NCBI GenBank assembly: GCA_048938855.1
Contig: JBHLLT010000002.1
Location: 320,001-384,000 of the forward strand
Length of the DNA stretch: 64,000 nt
Origin: Promethearchaeota archaeon
GTDB lineage: Archaea > Asgardarchaeota > Lokiarchaeia > Sigyniarchaeales > SOKP01
Direction of reading: 5' to 3'
Under the pieces are notes generated by a model. That model worked only from the letters and a program-made list of their open reading frames with translations. It did no database searches and was not told where the DNA came from. Below, piece after piece: positions 1-10,004 of the stretch; the first letter of the stretch is position 1; the number at the start of each line of letters is the position of its first letter. The position numbers and the translations under genes were made by a program.

Positions 1-864
1 GAAGCATTTGAAGAAGATAATGATACGACAACAATTGGAATCTATTTTGAAGCAGTAAGAAGAGGTAAAGAATTTATCGAAACTGTTGATAGAATAAACA
101 AAAAGAAACCAATAGTAATAATTCCAATCGGTCAGACAGAAGCAGGTACTAGATCCGCAAAATCCCATACAGCAGCTATAACCTCACCCGGTTATGTGAT
201 TGATTCTGTTTGTGAGCAAACAGGGGCTATAAAAGTAAAAAATAGTATAGATATGTTAAATTTACTGAATGCCTTTGATTCAATACCCCTTCCCAAAGGA
301 AATCGAGTAGCGATTCTTACATTAGGAGGAGGTCCAGGGACTTTAATGTCAGATTTATTTGAAAGTAATGGAATGAAAGTTCCTATATTAAGTAATAAAT
401 TACGGGATAAATTGAAACCTTGGATGCCAGAAACCGCGTCAACAATAAATCCAATAGATTTAACCTATTCAGATGATATGCAAAATTTCCTTAATGTTTT
501 ACCAGAAATTTTATTAAAAAGTGATGAGATTGATTCACTAATTTTTTATGGGTTAATGGGTACTGAATATTTTAAAAATCTTGTAAATGTTCCTGAGTAT
601 ATGAAAAATCATGAAAGTGTTGTAACAATGAGGAATTTTGGTGAAATGATGGAGGATTTTTTCATTGCTCTCTTTGATGAAATTATAGAATTTAGAGAAA
701 AATATCAAAAACCAATTATTTTAACGTGTTATAATACAAGAGAAGAAAAATTTGTGGCATACTTGCAAGATAATGGGATTCCTGTTTGTTATCCTGAAGA
801 AGGAGTATGGACTCTAATAAGAATGTGGCAATACAGTAAATTTTTACAATCAAAAAATCAATAA
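1..864 (+). CDS. acdA: ADP-forming acetate/acyl-CoA synthetase alpha subunit, 5'-truncated by the window edge
   Basis: Frame is open from base 1 (EAFEEDNDTTTIGIYFEAVRRGKEF...GTRSAKSHTAAI, with the phospho-His SHT motif), followed by GNRVAILTLGGGPG and NPIDLT. Confidence 0.85.
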   Translation, partial: EAFEEDNDTTTIGIYFEAVRRGKEFIETVDRINKKKPIVIIPIGQTEAGTRSAKSHTAAITSPGYVIDSVCEQTGAIKVKNSIDMLNLLNAFDSIPLPKGNRVAILTLGGGPGTLMSDLFESNGMKVPILSNKLRDKLKPWMPETASTINPIDLTYSDDMQNFLNVLPEILLKSDEIDSLIFYGLMGTEYFKNLVNVPEYMKNHESVVTMRNFGEMMEDFFIALFDEIIEFREKYQKPIILTCYNTREEKFVAYLQDNGIPVCYPEEGVWTLIRMWQYSKFLQSKNQ

Positions 865-891
865 GTTTAGCAACTTTATTCTTTTTAATTT

Positions 892-1026
892 ATGTTGAAA
901 AAATGCAATAAATGCGGAATGATTCGATCAACCAAAGATCTAGTTCTAAAAAAGGATGGAAAATATATTTGCTTCTCTTGCTGGAATGTTATCAATAGAG
1001 AAGAATCCAAGAAAAAAGAAAACTAA
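892..1026 (+). CDS. 44-aa zinc-finger microprotein (not in ORF track)
   Basis: ATG at 892 gives MLKKCNKCGMIRSTKDLVLKKDGKYICFSCWNVINREESKKKEN*, with two CxxC pairs. Confidence 0.7.
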   Translation: MLKKCNKCGMIRSTKDLVLKKDGKYICFSCWNVINREESKKKEN

Positions 1027-1035
1027 AATACTTGA

Positions 1036-1284
1036 TTAATCATAGGACACTAAAAAAGTGTATTTTTCAAGATCAAATTTCTTTATTTTAATATCGTCTT
1101 TTTTTCTTCTTCTTGGAGTAAGAGGTATTTTAATTACCATTTTATAATCTTGTAAATAAAAATTATTATAAAAAACATTCTTGAACTTATCCCAATCAAT
1201 AAATTTTTGAATTTCAAGTCCTTTATCTTCAATAACAGGGATCAGAGACATGTTTTTATATTTTATAATTTTAAATGATGGCAT
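1036..1284 (-). CDS. hypothetical protein
   Basis: ORF track gives 1036..1293 (TTG); first ATG at 1284; fills the gap; no motif recognised. Confidence 0.5.
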   Translation of the reverse strand: MPSFKIIKYKNMSLIPVIEDKGLEIQKFIDWDKFKNVFYNNFYLQDYKMVIKIPLTPRRRKKDDIKIKKFDLEKYTFLVSYD

Positions 1285-1305
1285 AAATTGCAAAAATTTT
1301 TTCGG

Positions 1306-1643
1306 CTAACCCTATAGTGATTATGGATTAATTCTAAAATAACAAATAACTAGTTATTTCTGAACAATCGCTTAATATTGGTCCCATTATAATATAACAG
1401 ATTGTATATTTAAATGTTTCTTTAATGCTTTTTAAAGCAAAATTTACATTTTACATTCATTTTATACATTACCTACAAAGAACCGCTGTACTCTACCCAA
1501 ACGTGTGATTAAATAAAGAATTGAATTTTATTAGTATTTAAGAATTGAAAGAAAAGCTATTTGTTAGGGAATTAAAATTAATTTAAATAATTTAAAAAAA
1601 GTTAAACTTAATTTAAAATTCTTTATATTCATTATAGGGTTAG
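1306..1643. repeat. imperfect ~35-bp inverted repeat bounding the divergent intergenic region
   Basis: Left CTAACCCTATAGTGATTATGGATTAATTCTAAAATAA (from 1306) vs reverse complement of the right end CTAACCCTATAATGAATATAAAGAATTTTAAATTAA (ending 1643). Confidence 0.65.
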
Positions 1644-1752
1644 TTTTTTAATTCTCTATTGATATTAGATTAAGAGAATATAACTAGAATTGGGAAATAT
1701 CCAGAATTCAATTAGTCTATAATTTTATTTAAAAGAAATCTCAAAGTTAAAA

Positions 1753-3717
1753 ATGGCGAAAGGTTATTTTGGAAAAATTTTATGGGTTGACCTCACTGAA
1801 GAAGAATTTAAAGTGGAGACCCTTTCAGAAGAATATTATCATCATTATCTTGGAGGTTATGGATTAGCTGTAAAACTACTTTACGAAAACATGGCAGGCA
1901 AAGTAGATCCTTTAAGTTCTGAATCCATTTTTGGTTTTTTTCCAGGATTGTTGACAGGGACTCCTGCTCCATTTTCAGGGAGATATATGGTTGCTGGGAA
2001 ATCTCCCTTAACAGGAACATGGGGTGATTCTAATAGTGGAGGATCCTTTGGTCCAGAAATAAAAAAATGTGGATATGATGCAATTATTCTTAAGGGAGCT
2101 GCAAATGAACCAAAATATATCTCTATAATTGAAGATAAAAAGGAGATTCTAGATGCTTCAAGCATTTGGGGTTTAGACATAGTCCATGCTGAATTAAAAT
2201 TGAAAGAAAAGCATGGCAAATTTGTTAAAACAGCAGGAATTGGAAAGGCTGGCGAAAATATATCAAAAATTTCTGGAATTGCTAATGATAAGGGAAGAAT
2301 TGCCGCAAGATCCGGATTAGGAGCCGTTATGGGGGCAAAAAAAGTTAAAATGCTTGTTCTAAAGGGCACTAAAAAAATTAATATATATAATAGGGACAGA
2401 TTTTTGGAATTAGTAAAAATATACAATGAAAGTGGTACTCATGACGACGTAAGTAAATTTATCCGTTCAATTTTAAAAAATGTCCCAAATTTGGCAAAAA
2501 CTATTCGTAGATTTAGAATAGGGTTTACGGGGCCTCCTAAAATGATTAGAGAGATTTATAAATCTTTTGGAACTAGCGTAGCAAACACAATTTCTACAGA
2601 AACTAACGATTCTCCAATTAAAAATTGGGGTGGGATTGGTATGTATGATTTTCCATTTAAAAATTCCAAAAATTTGTCTGCAGTCAATATCCAAAAATAT
2701 AAAATTCGAGATTACGGGTGTTTTAGTTGTCCAGTTCAATGTGGTGGAATATTAAAAGTTCCTGAATTAAATTTAGAAGAAACTCATTTACCTGAATATG
2801 AAACTTGCTGTTCTTTTGGTGCTCTCTTACTTAATGATGATTTACTATCTATAATTGAAATTAATGAATTATGCAACCAAGCAGCTATAGATACAATATC
2901 CACAGGAGCTACAATCGCATTTGCTATAGAATGTTATGAGAACGGGTTATTAACTGAAGAAGAAACAAATGGCCTAGAATTAACGTGGAGTAATTCAAAA
3001 GCTATTATTGAATTAGTAAAAAAGATAATTAATAGAGAAGGGATTGGAGATCTTTTAGCTGATGGTAGTAAAATTGCAGCAAGCAAAATAGGCAAAGGAT
3101 CCGATAAATTTGTTATGACTTCATTAGGTTCTGAAATTGCTATGCATAATCCACGTATATTTCCCTCATTAGCTTTTACATATGCTTATGATCCAACACC
3201 AGGAAGACATACCGCGGCTAGTATTGATTTTATTGATATAGGCCCCATAAACAGGTTTCAGAAAGGCTTTAAGCTACCTAGAGAATGGAAAAGAAATGAG
3301 AATAGGAAAATAGAAGGGCAGAAATTAGTTTCGGCTTTTCATCAAGTCTTAAACAGTGTTGGTTTATGCCTTTTTTCAACATTATTTGGATCTTATCCTT
3401 TTATCGATTTGATAAATAATTGTATTGGATGTAATATCAATGTTGATGAATTATTAAAAATCGGATTACGAATTCAAACTTTGCGACAAGCATTCACATT
3501 GCGTGAAGAGATCGATATTGCAAATAATAAGTTGCCGGGAAGAGTTACTGGTCATCCTCCAGATAAAAGAGGCCCCACTAAAGGTATATCAGTTGAGTAT
3601 GAAGAGTTTTATAGAGGTTATTGTAAAGAAATGGGTTGGAATCCTGAAAACGGATACCCTTTAAAAAAAACTCTAAAAGATCTAAACTTGGAGTTTGTTA
3701 TAAAGGATTTATATTAA
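1753..3717 (+). CDS. aor: tungsten-dependent aldehyde:ferredoxin oxidoreductase family protein
   Basis: GYFGKILWVDLT, KSPLTG, AARSGLGAVMGAKK, CFSCPVQCG, EYET and DTISTG motifs. Confidence 0.93.
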   Translation: MAKGYFGKILWVDLTEEEFKVETLSEEYYHHYLGGYGLAVKLLYENMAGKVDPLSSESIFGFFPGLLTGTPAPFSGRYMVAGKSPLTGTWGDSNSGGSFGPEIKKCGYDAIILKGAANEPKYISIIEDKKEILDASSIWGLDIVHAELKLKEKHGKFVKTAGIGKAGENISKISGIANDKGRIAARSGLGAVMGAKKVKMLVLKGTKKINIYNRDRFLELVKIYNESGTHDDVSKFIRSILKNVPNLAKTIRRFRIGFTGPPKMIREIYKSFGTSVANTISTETNDSPIKNWGGIGMYDFPFKNSKNLSAVNIQKYKIRDYGCFSCPVQCGGILKVPELNLEETHLPEYETCCSFGALLLNDDLLSIIEINELCNQAAIDTISTGATIAFAIECYENGLLTEEETNGLELTWSNSKAIIELVKKIINREGIGDLLADGSKIAASKIGKGSDKFVMTSLGSEIAMHNPRIFPSLAFTYAYDPTPGRHTAASIDFIDIGPINRFQKGFKLPREWKRNENRKIEGQKLVSAFHQVLNSVGLCLFSTLFGSYPFIDLINNCIGCNINVDELLKIGLRIQTLRQAFTLREEIDIANNKLPGRVTGHPPDKRGPTKGISVEYEEFYRGYCKEMGWNPENGYPLKKTLKDLNLEFVIKDLY

Positions 3718-3783
3718 AGCTATATTTCTTTTACAATACATTCTTATTGTTCTAAAAGAATAAAATTTAATAAAATTCAAAAA

Positions 3784-4254
3784 ATGTTAAAATCAGACTT
3801 GACCGATTTAAAATCTTTTGTTAAACGTGAATTTATGAAGGAAGCTAAAAAAGTAAGAGGAAAACATTCTCCAATTTCTGAACGTGTTGATAATGTACCT
3901 CAATCTTTAAAAGTGAAGAAAATATATGATCTGAATAAAAAGGAAAGATACTCCTTCTTACTTATTACTAGAAATTATAATAAAAAGCCTAAATTAAGGT
4001 ACTTTTTAGCGATCTCATTAGCATATAATAGCTCTGATTTGTTAGTTCAGTTTGCGAGAGATTTTGCTCTTAAAGATGACTTAAAATTAATCCAATATTC
4101 AATATTTCCGAAAACCTTAAGAATTCAATTATTATTATTAAAGGAACTGAAAAAGGTTGAAGACTATGCTAATAGTATAAACATTTTGAAATCAAATAGA
4201 AAGCTTTTTCGTAGCACTTTATTAAAAGCGAAGACTATTATAGAAAATAAATAA
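3784..4254 (+). CDS. hypothetical basic protein
   Basis: 156-aa ORF between aor and pyk on the same strand; no motif recognised. Confidence 0.65.
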   Translation: MLKSDLTDLKSFVKREFMKEAKKVRGKHSPISERVDNVPQSLKVKKIYDLNKKERYSFLLITRNYNKKPKLRYFLAISLAYNSSDLLVQFARDFALKDDLKLIQYSIFPKTLRIQLLLLKELKKVEDYANSINILKSNRKLFRSTLLKAKTIIENK

Positions 4255-4347
4255 TTTTTAAGAAGAACTATAATAAATAATATTATTATTCATAATTTTG
4301 ATCATAAAATCGCAATTATTTTGAGAATAAAATATGGTTTTTAAAAA

Positions 4348-5820
4348 ATGTCATTTAGAGAAAATACTGTTAAAATTGTATCGACCATAGGTCCAGCTTC
4401 GAGTTCAAAAGAAATGTTGGAAAAACTGATTAATACTGGAGTTGATATTTTCAGATTAAATTTCTCACATGGAACTCATCAAGAAAAAAAAGAATTAACA
4501 GAAAGAATTCGCGAAATAAGTAAATTAACAAAACACACAGGAATTTTAGCTGACATTCAAGGTCCAAAAATTAGAGTTGGAGAATTTAAGGATGATGAGT
4601 CTTATAGTTTAGCAATCGGTCAAGAAGTTAGAGTCTTTGAAAAAGAAGTGTTAGGAGATCAAGATCAATTTTCAATTCCCTTGCCTGGTTTTCTTAAATC
4701 AATTCGAATTGGGGATGTGTTCTTTGTAAATGATGGAATAATAAAGATAAAAGTCATCAAAAAGGAGCAAGATCACATATTAGGAGAAGTTCTTGCAGGA
4801 GGAATGATTAGTAATAGGAAAGGAGTTAATATTCCTACTGGTGAATTAACTCAAAAAGTCCCTACTGAAAAGGATGTAAAAGATCTTGAATTTATCGCAA
4901 AAATTGATCCAGAATATGTAGCTATCTCATTTGTCGCAGGAGGAGATGATGTCTTACATGTAAGAAGAATCCTAGAGAATTATGGAAATTCTGAAATTAA
5001 ATTGATTTCAAAGATAGAACGTCCTGTTGCTCTTAATAATTTTGATCAAATATTGGATGTGAGTGATGGTGTCATGGTCGCCAGGGGAGACCTAGGGGTG
5101 GAAATAGATCCTGATAAAGTACCCTTGTGGCAAAAAGAAATGATTTATAAATGCAATCGTGAAGGAAAACCAGTTATTGTGGCTACTCAAATGCTTGAAT
5201 CAATGGTCACCAACCCCATTCCTACAAGAGCCGAGGCTAATGATGTATATAATGCTGTTATGGATGGGACTGATGCAGTTATGCTTTCAGCAGAAACCGC
5301 AGTAGGAAAATACCCAATTAATGCGGTCCAATATATGAATCAAATAGCAAAAACTGCAACGGAAAATATGCCTAAAAGGATTCCAGATGAATATGATTCA
5401 GATAGACTTACTCATACTCAAACTTTAGGACATGCTATACATTCGTTGGCAACAGAAATGCAAGATTTAAATTTTAGAGGTAAAATTCTTGTAATTACAA
5501 GGAAAGGATATGGTGCTCGAATGATTGCAAAATACCGCCCTCCCCTACCGATAATTGCGATGACACCATTTGAAAAAACTGCTAGAGAATTAAGTTTGGT
5601 GTGGGGAGTACAGCCAGTCCATATAGATAATATTGATTTCTTTAATATGGATGCTGAAGCGATTATCGAACAATCCGTAAAATTTGCTGTTGAAAACGAA
5701 CTATTAGATGAGAATGAACATGTTATTATTTTGCTAGTTTCAAGAAAATTTGAACTCAGAGGAAACTTAGTAGGGCTCTATTACGTGGGTGAGATTCTCG
5801 AATCCGAATCCAAAAAATAA
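4348..5820 (+). CDS. pyk: pyruvate kinase
   Basis: KIVSTIGPAS, RLNFSHG, DIQGPKIR, MVARGDLGVE, ATQMLESM, PTRAE, DAVMLSAETA. Confidence 0.97.
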   Translation: MSFRENTVKIVSTIGPASSSKEMLEKLINTGVDIFRLNFSHGTHQEKKELTERIREISKLTKHTGILADIQGPKIRVGEFKDDESYSLAIGQEVRVFEKEVLGDQDQFSIPLPGFLKSIRIGDVFFVNDGIIKIKVIKKEQDHILGEVLAGGMISNRKGVNIPTGELTQKVPTEKDVKDLEFIAKIDPEYVAISFVAGGDDVLHVRRILENYGNSEIKLISKIERPVALNNFDQILDVSDGVMVARGDLGVEIDPDKVPLWQKEMIYKCNREGKPVIVATQMLESMVTNPIPTRAEANDVYNAVMDGTDAVMLSAETAVGKYPINAVQYMNQIAKTATENMPKRIPDEYDSDRLTHTQTLGHAIHSLATEMQDLNFRGKILVITRKGYGARMIAKYRPPLPIIAMTPFEKTARELSLVWGVQPVHIDNIDFFNMDAEAIIEQSVKFAVENELLDENEHVIILLVSRKFELRGNLVGLYYVGEILESESKK

Positions 5821-5979
5821 GTTATTTTCTAAAATATATTATTTTCTATACTATTAAATAATAAATAATTTAAATTGGCATTATTTAAAAAACTTTAAAC
5901 ATAAATAGTTTAAAGCATTTTTTATAAAACAAAAATATTAAAAACTTAACCATACACAGAAAAGTTTAAGGTAAGATAT

Positions 5980-6420
5980 ATGAGTGATGAAATTAAAGAA
6001 GCTGGAGAATGGAAACATGCATCTTGGGTATCAACTCTAGGAAAATGGGCATGGGTTATAGGAATTGTAAGCGGAATTATCGATATTATAATAGTACTCC
6101 CTTCTCTTCTTTTAATACTAGCAAGTCTTCCGCTCAGTGCATTTCTTTTAGGATATCCAATATGGTGGATTATTAGTGGAGTGATAGTTATACTTCTCTC
6201 TTTTGTAATTATAAAACCTAAATTCTCAGACAGATGTGCCAATAAAGATTGGGATGGTCTACTTAATTGGGTGATGTCGGACAGTTTTAGATTCCCATGG
6301 ATGCTTTTTTGGGGTATAATAGTAGAAATTTTTGGTTATGGTTGGGGAGGATTTGCAATCATAATCCCTGCCTTAGTACTAATATTCGCTGGCCCTAAAA
6401 AATATGAGTGGAAAAAATAG
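5980..6420 (+). CDS. small membrane protein (about 4 TM)
   Basis: Hydrophobic Gly/Trp-rich helices. Confidence 0.75.
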   Translation: MSDEIKEAGEWKHASWVSTLGKWAWVIGIVSGIIDIIIVLPSLLLILASLPLSAFLLGYPIWWIISGVIVILLSFVIIKPKFSDRCANKDWDGLLNWVMSDSFRFPWMLFWGIIVEIFGYGWGGFAIIIPALVLIFAGPKKYEWKK

Positions 6421-6540
6421 ATTTTAAATCATTTAACTTCTTTTTTTTTTAATTATACAGAAAATTTTGAGACCTTAATTGTATTTAAATTATCCTAATT
6501 TTTCGAAATATGACATATCACCTTATTATAGATAATTTGT

Positions 6541-6945
6541 ATGTACAATTCTCTCAAGAAATTTAACAATAAAGTATATACTGGTATGAGAGTAGGACTC
6601 TCTCATAAATGGCATTATACAAATAGTAAATGGTTTGAAACTAAACAAGAGCCTGATAAATGGAGTTTTAAATTTGAGAGCTTAAAAACTAGAATCAACA
6701 GTGCACCTATTAATACTGGGGCTAGTACCTACACAAAATTTCATTGGTATATCATAGCAGATCAAATTGCTACTAAAATTAATGAGAACGCTTATCTGAC
6801 TTCTATGACAGGAGTCAAGTTTAAGATTGGTCATAAACGACCTTATTGGAAAACTTTTAGTTATAATTATCCAGAACAACTCTCATATAAAGAAAAAGTA
6901 ATAAAAATATTAGAACAAACTTTACTAGAATTAAAGAAAGAGTAA
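6541..6945 (+). CDS. conserved hypothetical protein (YTGM..G.SHKW.Y family)
   Basis: YTGMRVGLSHKWHY, FHWYIIADQ and MTGVKFKIGHKRP resemble an uncharacterised family I recall from bacteria. Confidence 0.7.
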   Translation: MYNSLKKFNNKVYTGMRVGLSHKWHYTNSKWFETKQEPDKWSFKFESLKTRINSAPINTGASTYTKFHWYIIADQIATKINENAYLTSMTGVKFKIGHKRPYWKTFSYNYPEQLSYKEKVIKILEQTLLELKKE

Positions 6946-7042
6946 ATTCTAACTTATCTTCTCTGCTATTCTACTGGTCATATAAAATTTCAGTTGCTTT
7001 ATTCATCAAATGCATTCTAGTCAAGAAAATTCAAAGAAAAAG

Positions 7043-7582
7043 TTAAAAATGTTCATAATGAACAAAATCATTGAGAGGTTTTCTATCTTTTACTTCACCC
7101 TTAGGTCTAATTGGATATCCTAAAGGTGTCAAACCCATTACTTTATACTTTTTTGGGATGTTCAATATATTTTTAATTTTTTCCTCATTAAACATGCCAA
7201 TCCAACATGTTGCCAAACCCTCAGCAGCGGCAGCTAGAATTAAATGTTCGAAACAAATTCCAAAGTCAACACCATAATATTTCTCACCACTTTTGTTTGT
7301 TCCAGATCCCAATGGAGAGATTAATCCTACAATAAACATTGGTGCATCTGTGAACTTAATTTCCTGTCCAATTGCTTTCCACACAGCTGTTACATTTTCA
7401 GGCTCTTTAACAATAATATATTGTACTCCTTGCATATTTGCCCATGTTGGAGCCAACCGAGCAGCTTCCAAAATTCTTTGAACTTTCTCTTCTTCAGGCA
7501 TATCAGGTTTATATACTCTAAAGCTTCTTCTTTTTTTTACTACTTCGTAAAATTCCATACTAAACTCCAATAATTTGTGCAT
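7043..7582 (-). CDS. nitroreductase family protein
   Basis: RRSFRVY, AARLAPTWANMQ, LAAAAEGLATCWIG, LTPLGYP; likely start is MEFYEVV. Confidence 0.9.
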   Translation of the reverse strand: MHKLLEFSMEFYEVVKKRRSFRVYKPDMPEEEKVQRILEAARLAPTWANMQGVQYIIVKEPENVTAVWKAIGQEIKFTDAPMFIVGLISPLGSGTNKSGEKYYGVDFGICFEHLILAAAAEGLATCWIGMFNEEKIKNILNIPKKYKVMGLTPLGYPIRPKGEVKDRKPLNDFVHYEHF

Positions 7583-7666
7583 TTTTTCTTAAACCAAATA
7601 TTGCTTGAATATTGAAATTTTCCATTTTTAAATATAAGTTATAGTAATCTTTGAGTTTAACTTAAA

Positions 7667-8446
7667 TTAATCATCTATCATTCTTTTATGCCCTTTTGGG
7701 CAAATTCCATATGTGCAATCATAAAAACCATCATCATACTCTTCTCTAGCATCATAATGCTCCCAACAATAAATTTTATCACATTCAGGGCAATAAGCAT
7801 CCAACCCTTCATATCCATGGTGTTTTTTCATAAAATTATGAACACCTAATAAATCTCTTTTAAGTAGGATTTCAAATAATTCATACGCTAATTTAATACT
7901 CATCGATCGTTCATGAGTAATCCCTCGAAAAACTAATGCTTCTTTTTCATCAAATCTTCCATAACCAATCTTAAATTCAACAGCAACTTTACCACACTCA
8001 GAACAGGGGAGATGATATTCTAAGTCAGAGATTGTGATAACTTTCTCGATTTTCTTTACAGTTTCTTTTTGAATTAATAGATTTTCAAATACATACCAAA
8101 ATGCATCCCAAGAATCCTTAAAAGCCTTTTCGATTTTAATTATAAGATCTAATGATTTGTTATTGTCGAAAATTTTAAGCTCACTTATTATTTTCGACAG
8201 TATATTTCTAGTAGCATATAAGTAATTTTTTGAACTGGCAATCTCATTTTTGCTTAATTTAACATTCGGGTTTAATATTTCTAAAGCAGTAAAAATATTA
8301 TAATAAAATTCTTTTACATCTGATATCCATAAATTTTTGGTTGTATCATCTAATTCTTTGAGATAATTAAAATAGTTAATAATTTCTTCTTTAATTTCTT
8401 TAATCTCAATAAGATGATTTCTAATATTCAATATTGGTTCTTTCAT
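7667..8446 (-). CDS. hypothetical protein: helical N-terminus plus Cys/His-rich C-terminal domain
   Basis: CSECG, CPECDKIYCWEH and CPKGH. Confidence 0.75.
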   Translation of the reverse strand: MKEPILNIRNHLIEIKEIKEEIINYFNYLKELDDTTKNLWISDVKEFYYNIFTALEILNPNVKLSKNEIASSKNYLYATRNILSKIISELKIFDNNKSLDLIIKIEKAFKDSWDAFWYVFENLLIQKETVKKIEKVITISDLEYHLPCSECGKVAVEFKIGYGRFDEKEALVFRGITHERSMSIKLAYELFEILLKRDLLGVHNFMKKHHGYEGLDAYCPECDKIYCWEHYDAREEYDDGFYDCTYGICPKGHKRMIDD

Positions 8447-8487
8447 AAGGATTATAATTAAATCCTTTTTATTTAACTAAGGTATTT

Positions 8488-8955
8488 TTATAGAATTTTA
8501 TTCTCATCTATACTATTAAATAATTCTGTCCCACAACGAACACAATTTTTTTCGTACCATGAAAATGGATAATTACATTTGGAGCACAGCCATCGATCTT
8601 TCTGCTTAAATAACCACTCTTGAACCCCAATTTCCTTTATTATATCTAAACTATGAATTGCGACTTTAAGATGAGCTAAGTTAGTATTTTCGAGTCTCTT
8701 TATATTCTCACAAGGAAATTCGGGACAATTATTGCAGAAATCGATATCTTTAGATTGAGCACAACTTCGAATTCGACATCCACGACAATTTTCAAATACT
8801 AATTCACTTTTACAACCATAGCACTTGATTTCCTTACCATCAAGTGGGTCAATCCAATCTTCTGGTAAACAATCATCACGGTTTTGTGTATAAGCATTCA
8901 TAATGAAACAAGCACCACAATAAAGTCCGCAATAGGCATCAAATCGAAATTTCAT
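8488..8955 (-). CDS. DUF3795-like Cys-rich protein
   Basis: YCGLYCGAC...CYGC...CRIRSCA...FCNNCPEFPC. Confidence 0.8.
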   Translation of the reverse strand: MKFRFDAYCGLYCGACFIMNAYTQNRDDCLPEDWIDPLDGKEIKCYGCKSELVFENCRGCRIRSCAQSKDIDFCNNCPEFPCENIKRLENTNLAHLKVAIHSLDIIKEIGVQEWLFKQKDRWLCSKCNYPFSWYEKNCVRCGTELFNSIDENKIL

Positions 8956-9208
8956 TATATTTTATGTTTTATTTTTATAAAAATAAATACAAAATAATTA
9001 GATAGTCTTTTAATTAATTTATTGAGACATTTTTATTTCATAATATTTTGATTTTTTGAAATATAAAATTATAATATAAATTCCTTATTTCTTAAATTCC
9101 GAATATTATATTTACTAATGATTAATAGAACTAATTAATAAATTCAATGTATAGAATTTATTAAAATAGAACTTATTTAAATATCAAATAAATAAAACAT
9201 ATGATAAA

Positions 9209-9985
9209 ATGAACAAAAAAGAATATTTACAGGTATTTAATCTGCTAGGTTTTATTGCAACAGTGATTGTTAACTTTTTGGCTATATTATTACCAATTGG
9301 GGGGATGACTACTCAAGAATTATCTGATGCCATACCTAACTTATTTGTACCAGCGGGGATTACTTTTTCAATTTGGAGTTTAATTTATATCTTTTTAGGA
9401 ATATTTTCTGTTTATCAAATTAGAGATATAACTAAAGAAGATAAAATTGAAATGAAATTTGTCGATAATATCGGATATTTTTTCATTATTGGAAGTTTAG
9501 CTAATATAGTGTGGATATTTGTATGGCATTATCAATTAGTTCCAATATCTCTAATCTTTATGATAATTCTATTGATTTCTTTATTATTTATATATCTGAA
9601 ATTAGATATAGGGAAATCAGAAGTTCGTAGAATCGAAAAAGTTGCTGTACATGTTCCATTCAGCATATATTTAGGCTGGATAACTGTTGCAACAATAGCT
9701 AATGTTACAGCAGTTTTAGTTGTCTTCGGTGTAGAAGGTTTTGGCTTAGTAGCAGAAATTCTAACTATTCTAGTAATTGCAGTTGCTTTAATCATTACAT
9801 TTGCGATGTTATTGATAAGAAAAGATTATGCTTACAGTCTAGTTATAGTATGGGCCTTATTAGGGATCTTTATAAAACAAAGTATTGCTGATCCTGCAAT
9901 CGCTATAACTGCTTTGATTTCGGGGATTTTAATACTAGTAGGAATTGTATATATTATTATTCGAGAAAAAGTATTGCGTAAATAA
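9209..9985 (+). CDS. TspO/MBR-related tryptophan-rich membrane protein
   Basis: FVPAGITFSIWSLIY, NIVWIFVWHY, PFSIYLGWITVATIAN. Confidence 0.8.
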   Translation: MNKKEYLQVFNLLGFIATVIVNFLAILLPIGGMTTQELSDAIPNLFVPAGITFSIWSLIYIFLGIFSVYQIRDITKEDKIEMKFVDNIGYFFIIGSLANIVWIFVWHYQLVPISLIFMIILLISLLFIYLKLDIGKSEVRRIEKVAVHVPFSIYLGWITVATIANVTAVLVVFGVEGFGLVAEILTILVIAVALIITFAMLLIRKDYAYSLVIVWALLGIFIKQSIADPAIAITALISGILILVGIVYIIIREKVLRK

Positions 9986-10004
9986 TTTTTTTCTTTTCTT
10001 TTTT

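Noticed and set aside
1309-1320. Reverse complement contains TCACTATAGGG, the 3' end of the T7 promoter
   Set aside because: The TAATACGAC part and any vector context are absent; it is part of the local inverted repeat.
1306-1643. RNase P or SRP RNA, given ~340 nt with paired ends
   Set aside because: Interior is very AT-rich and lacks the conserved RNase P (GAGGAAAGTCC) and SRP motifs.
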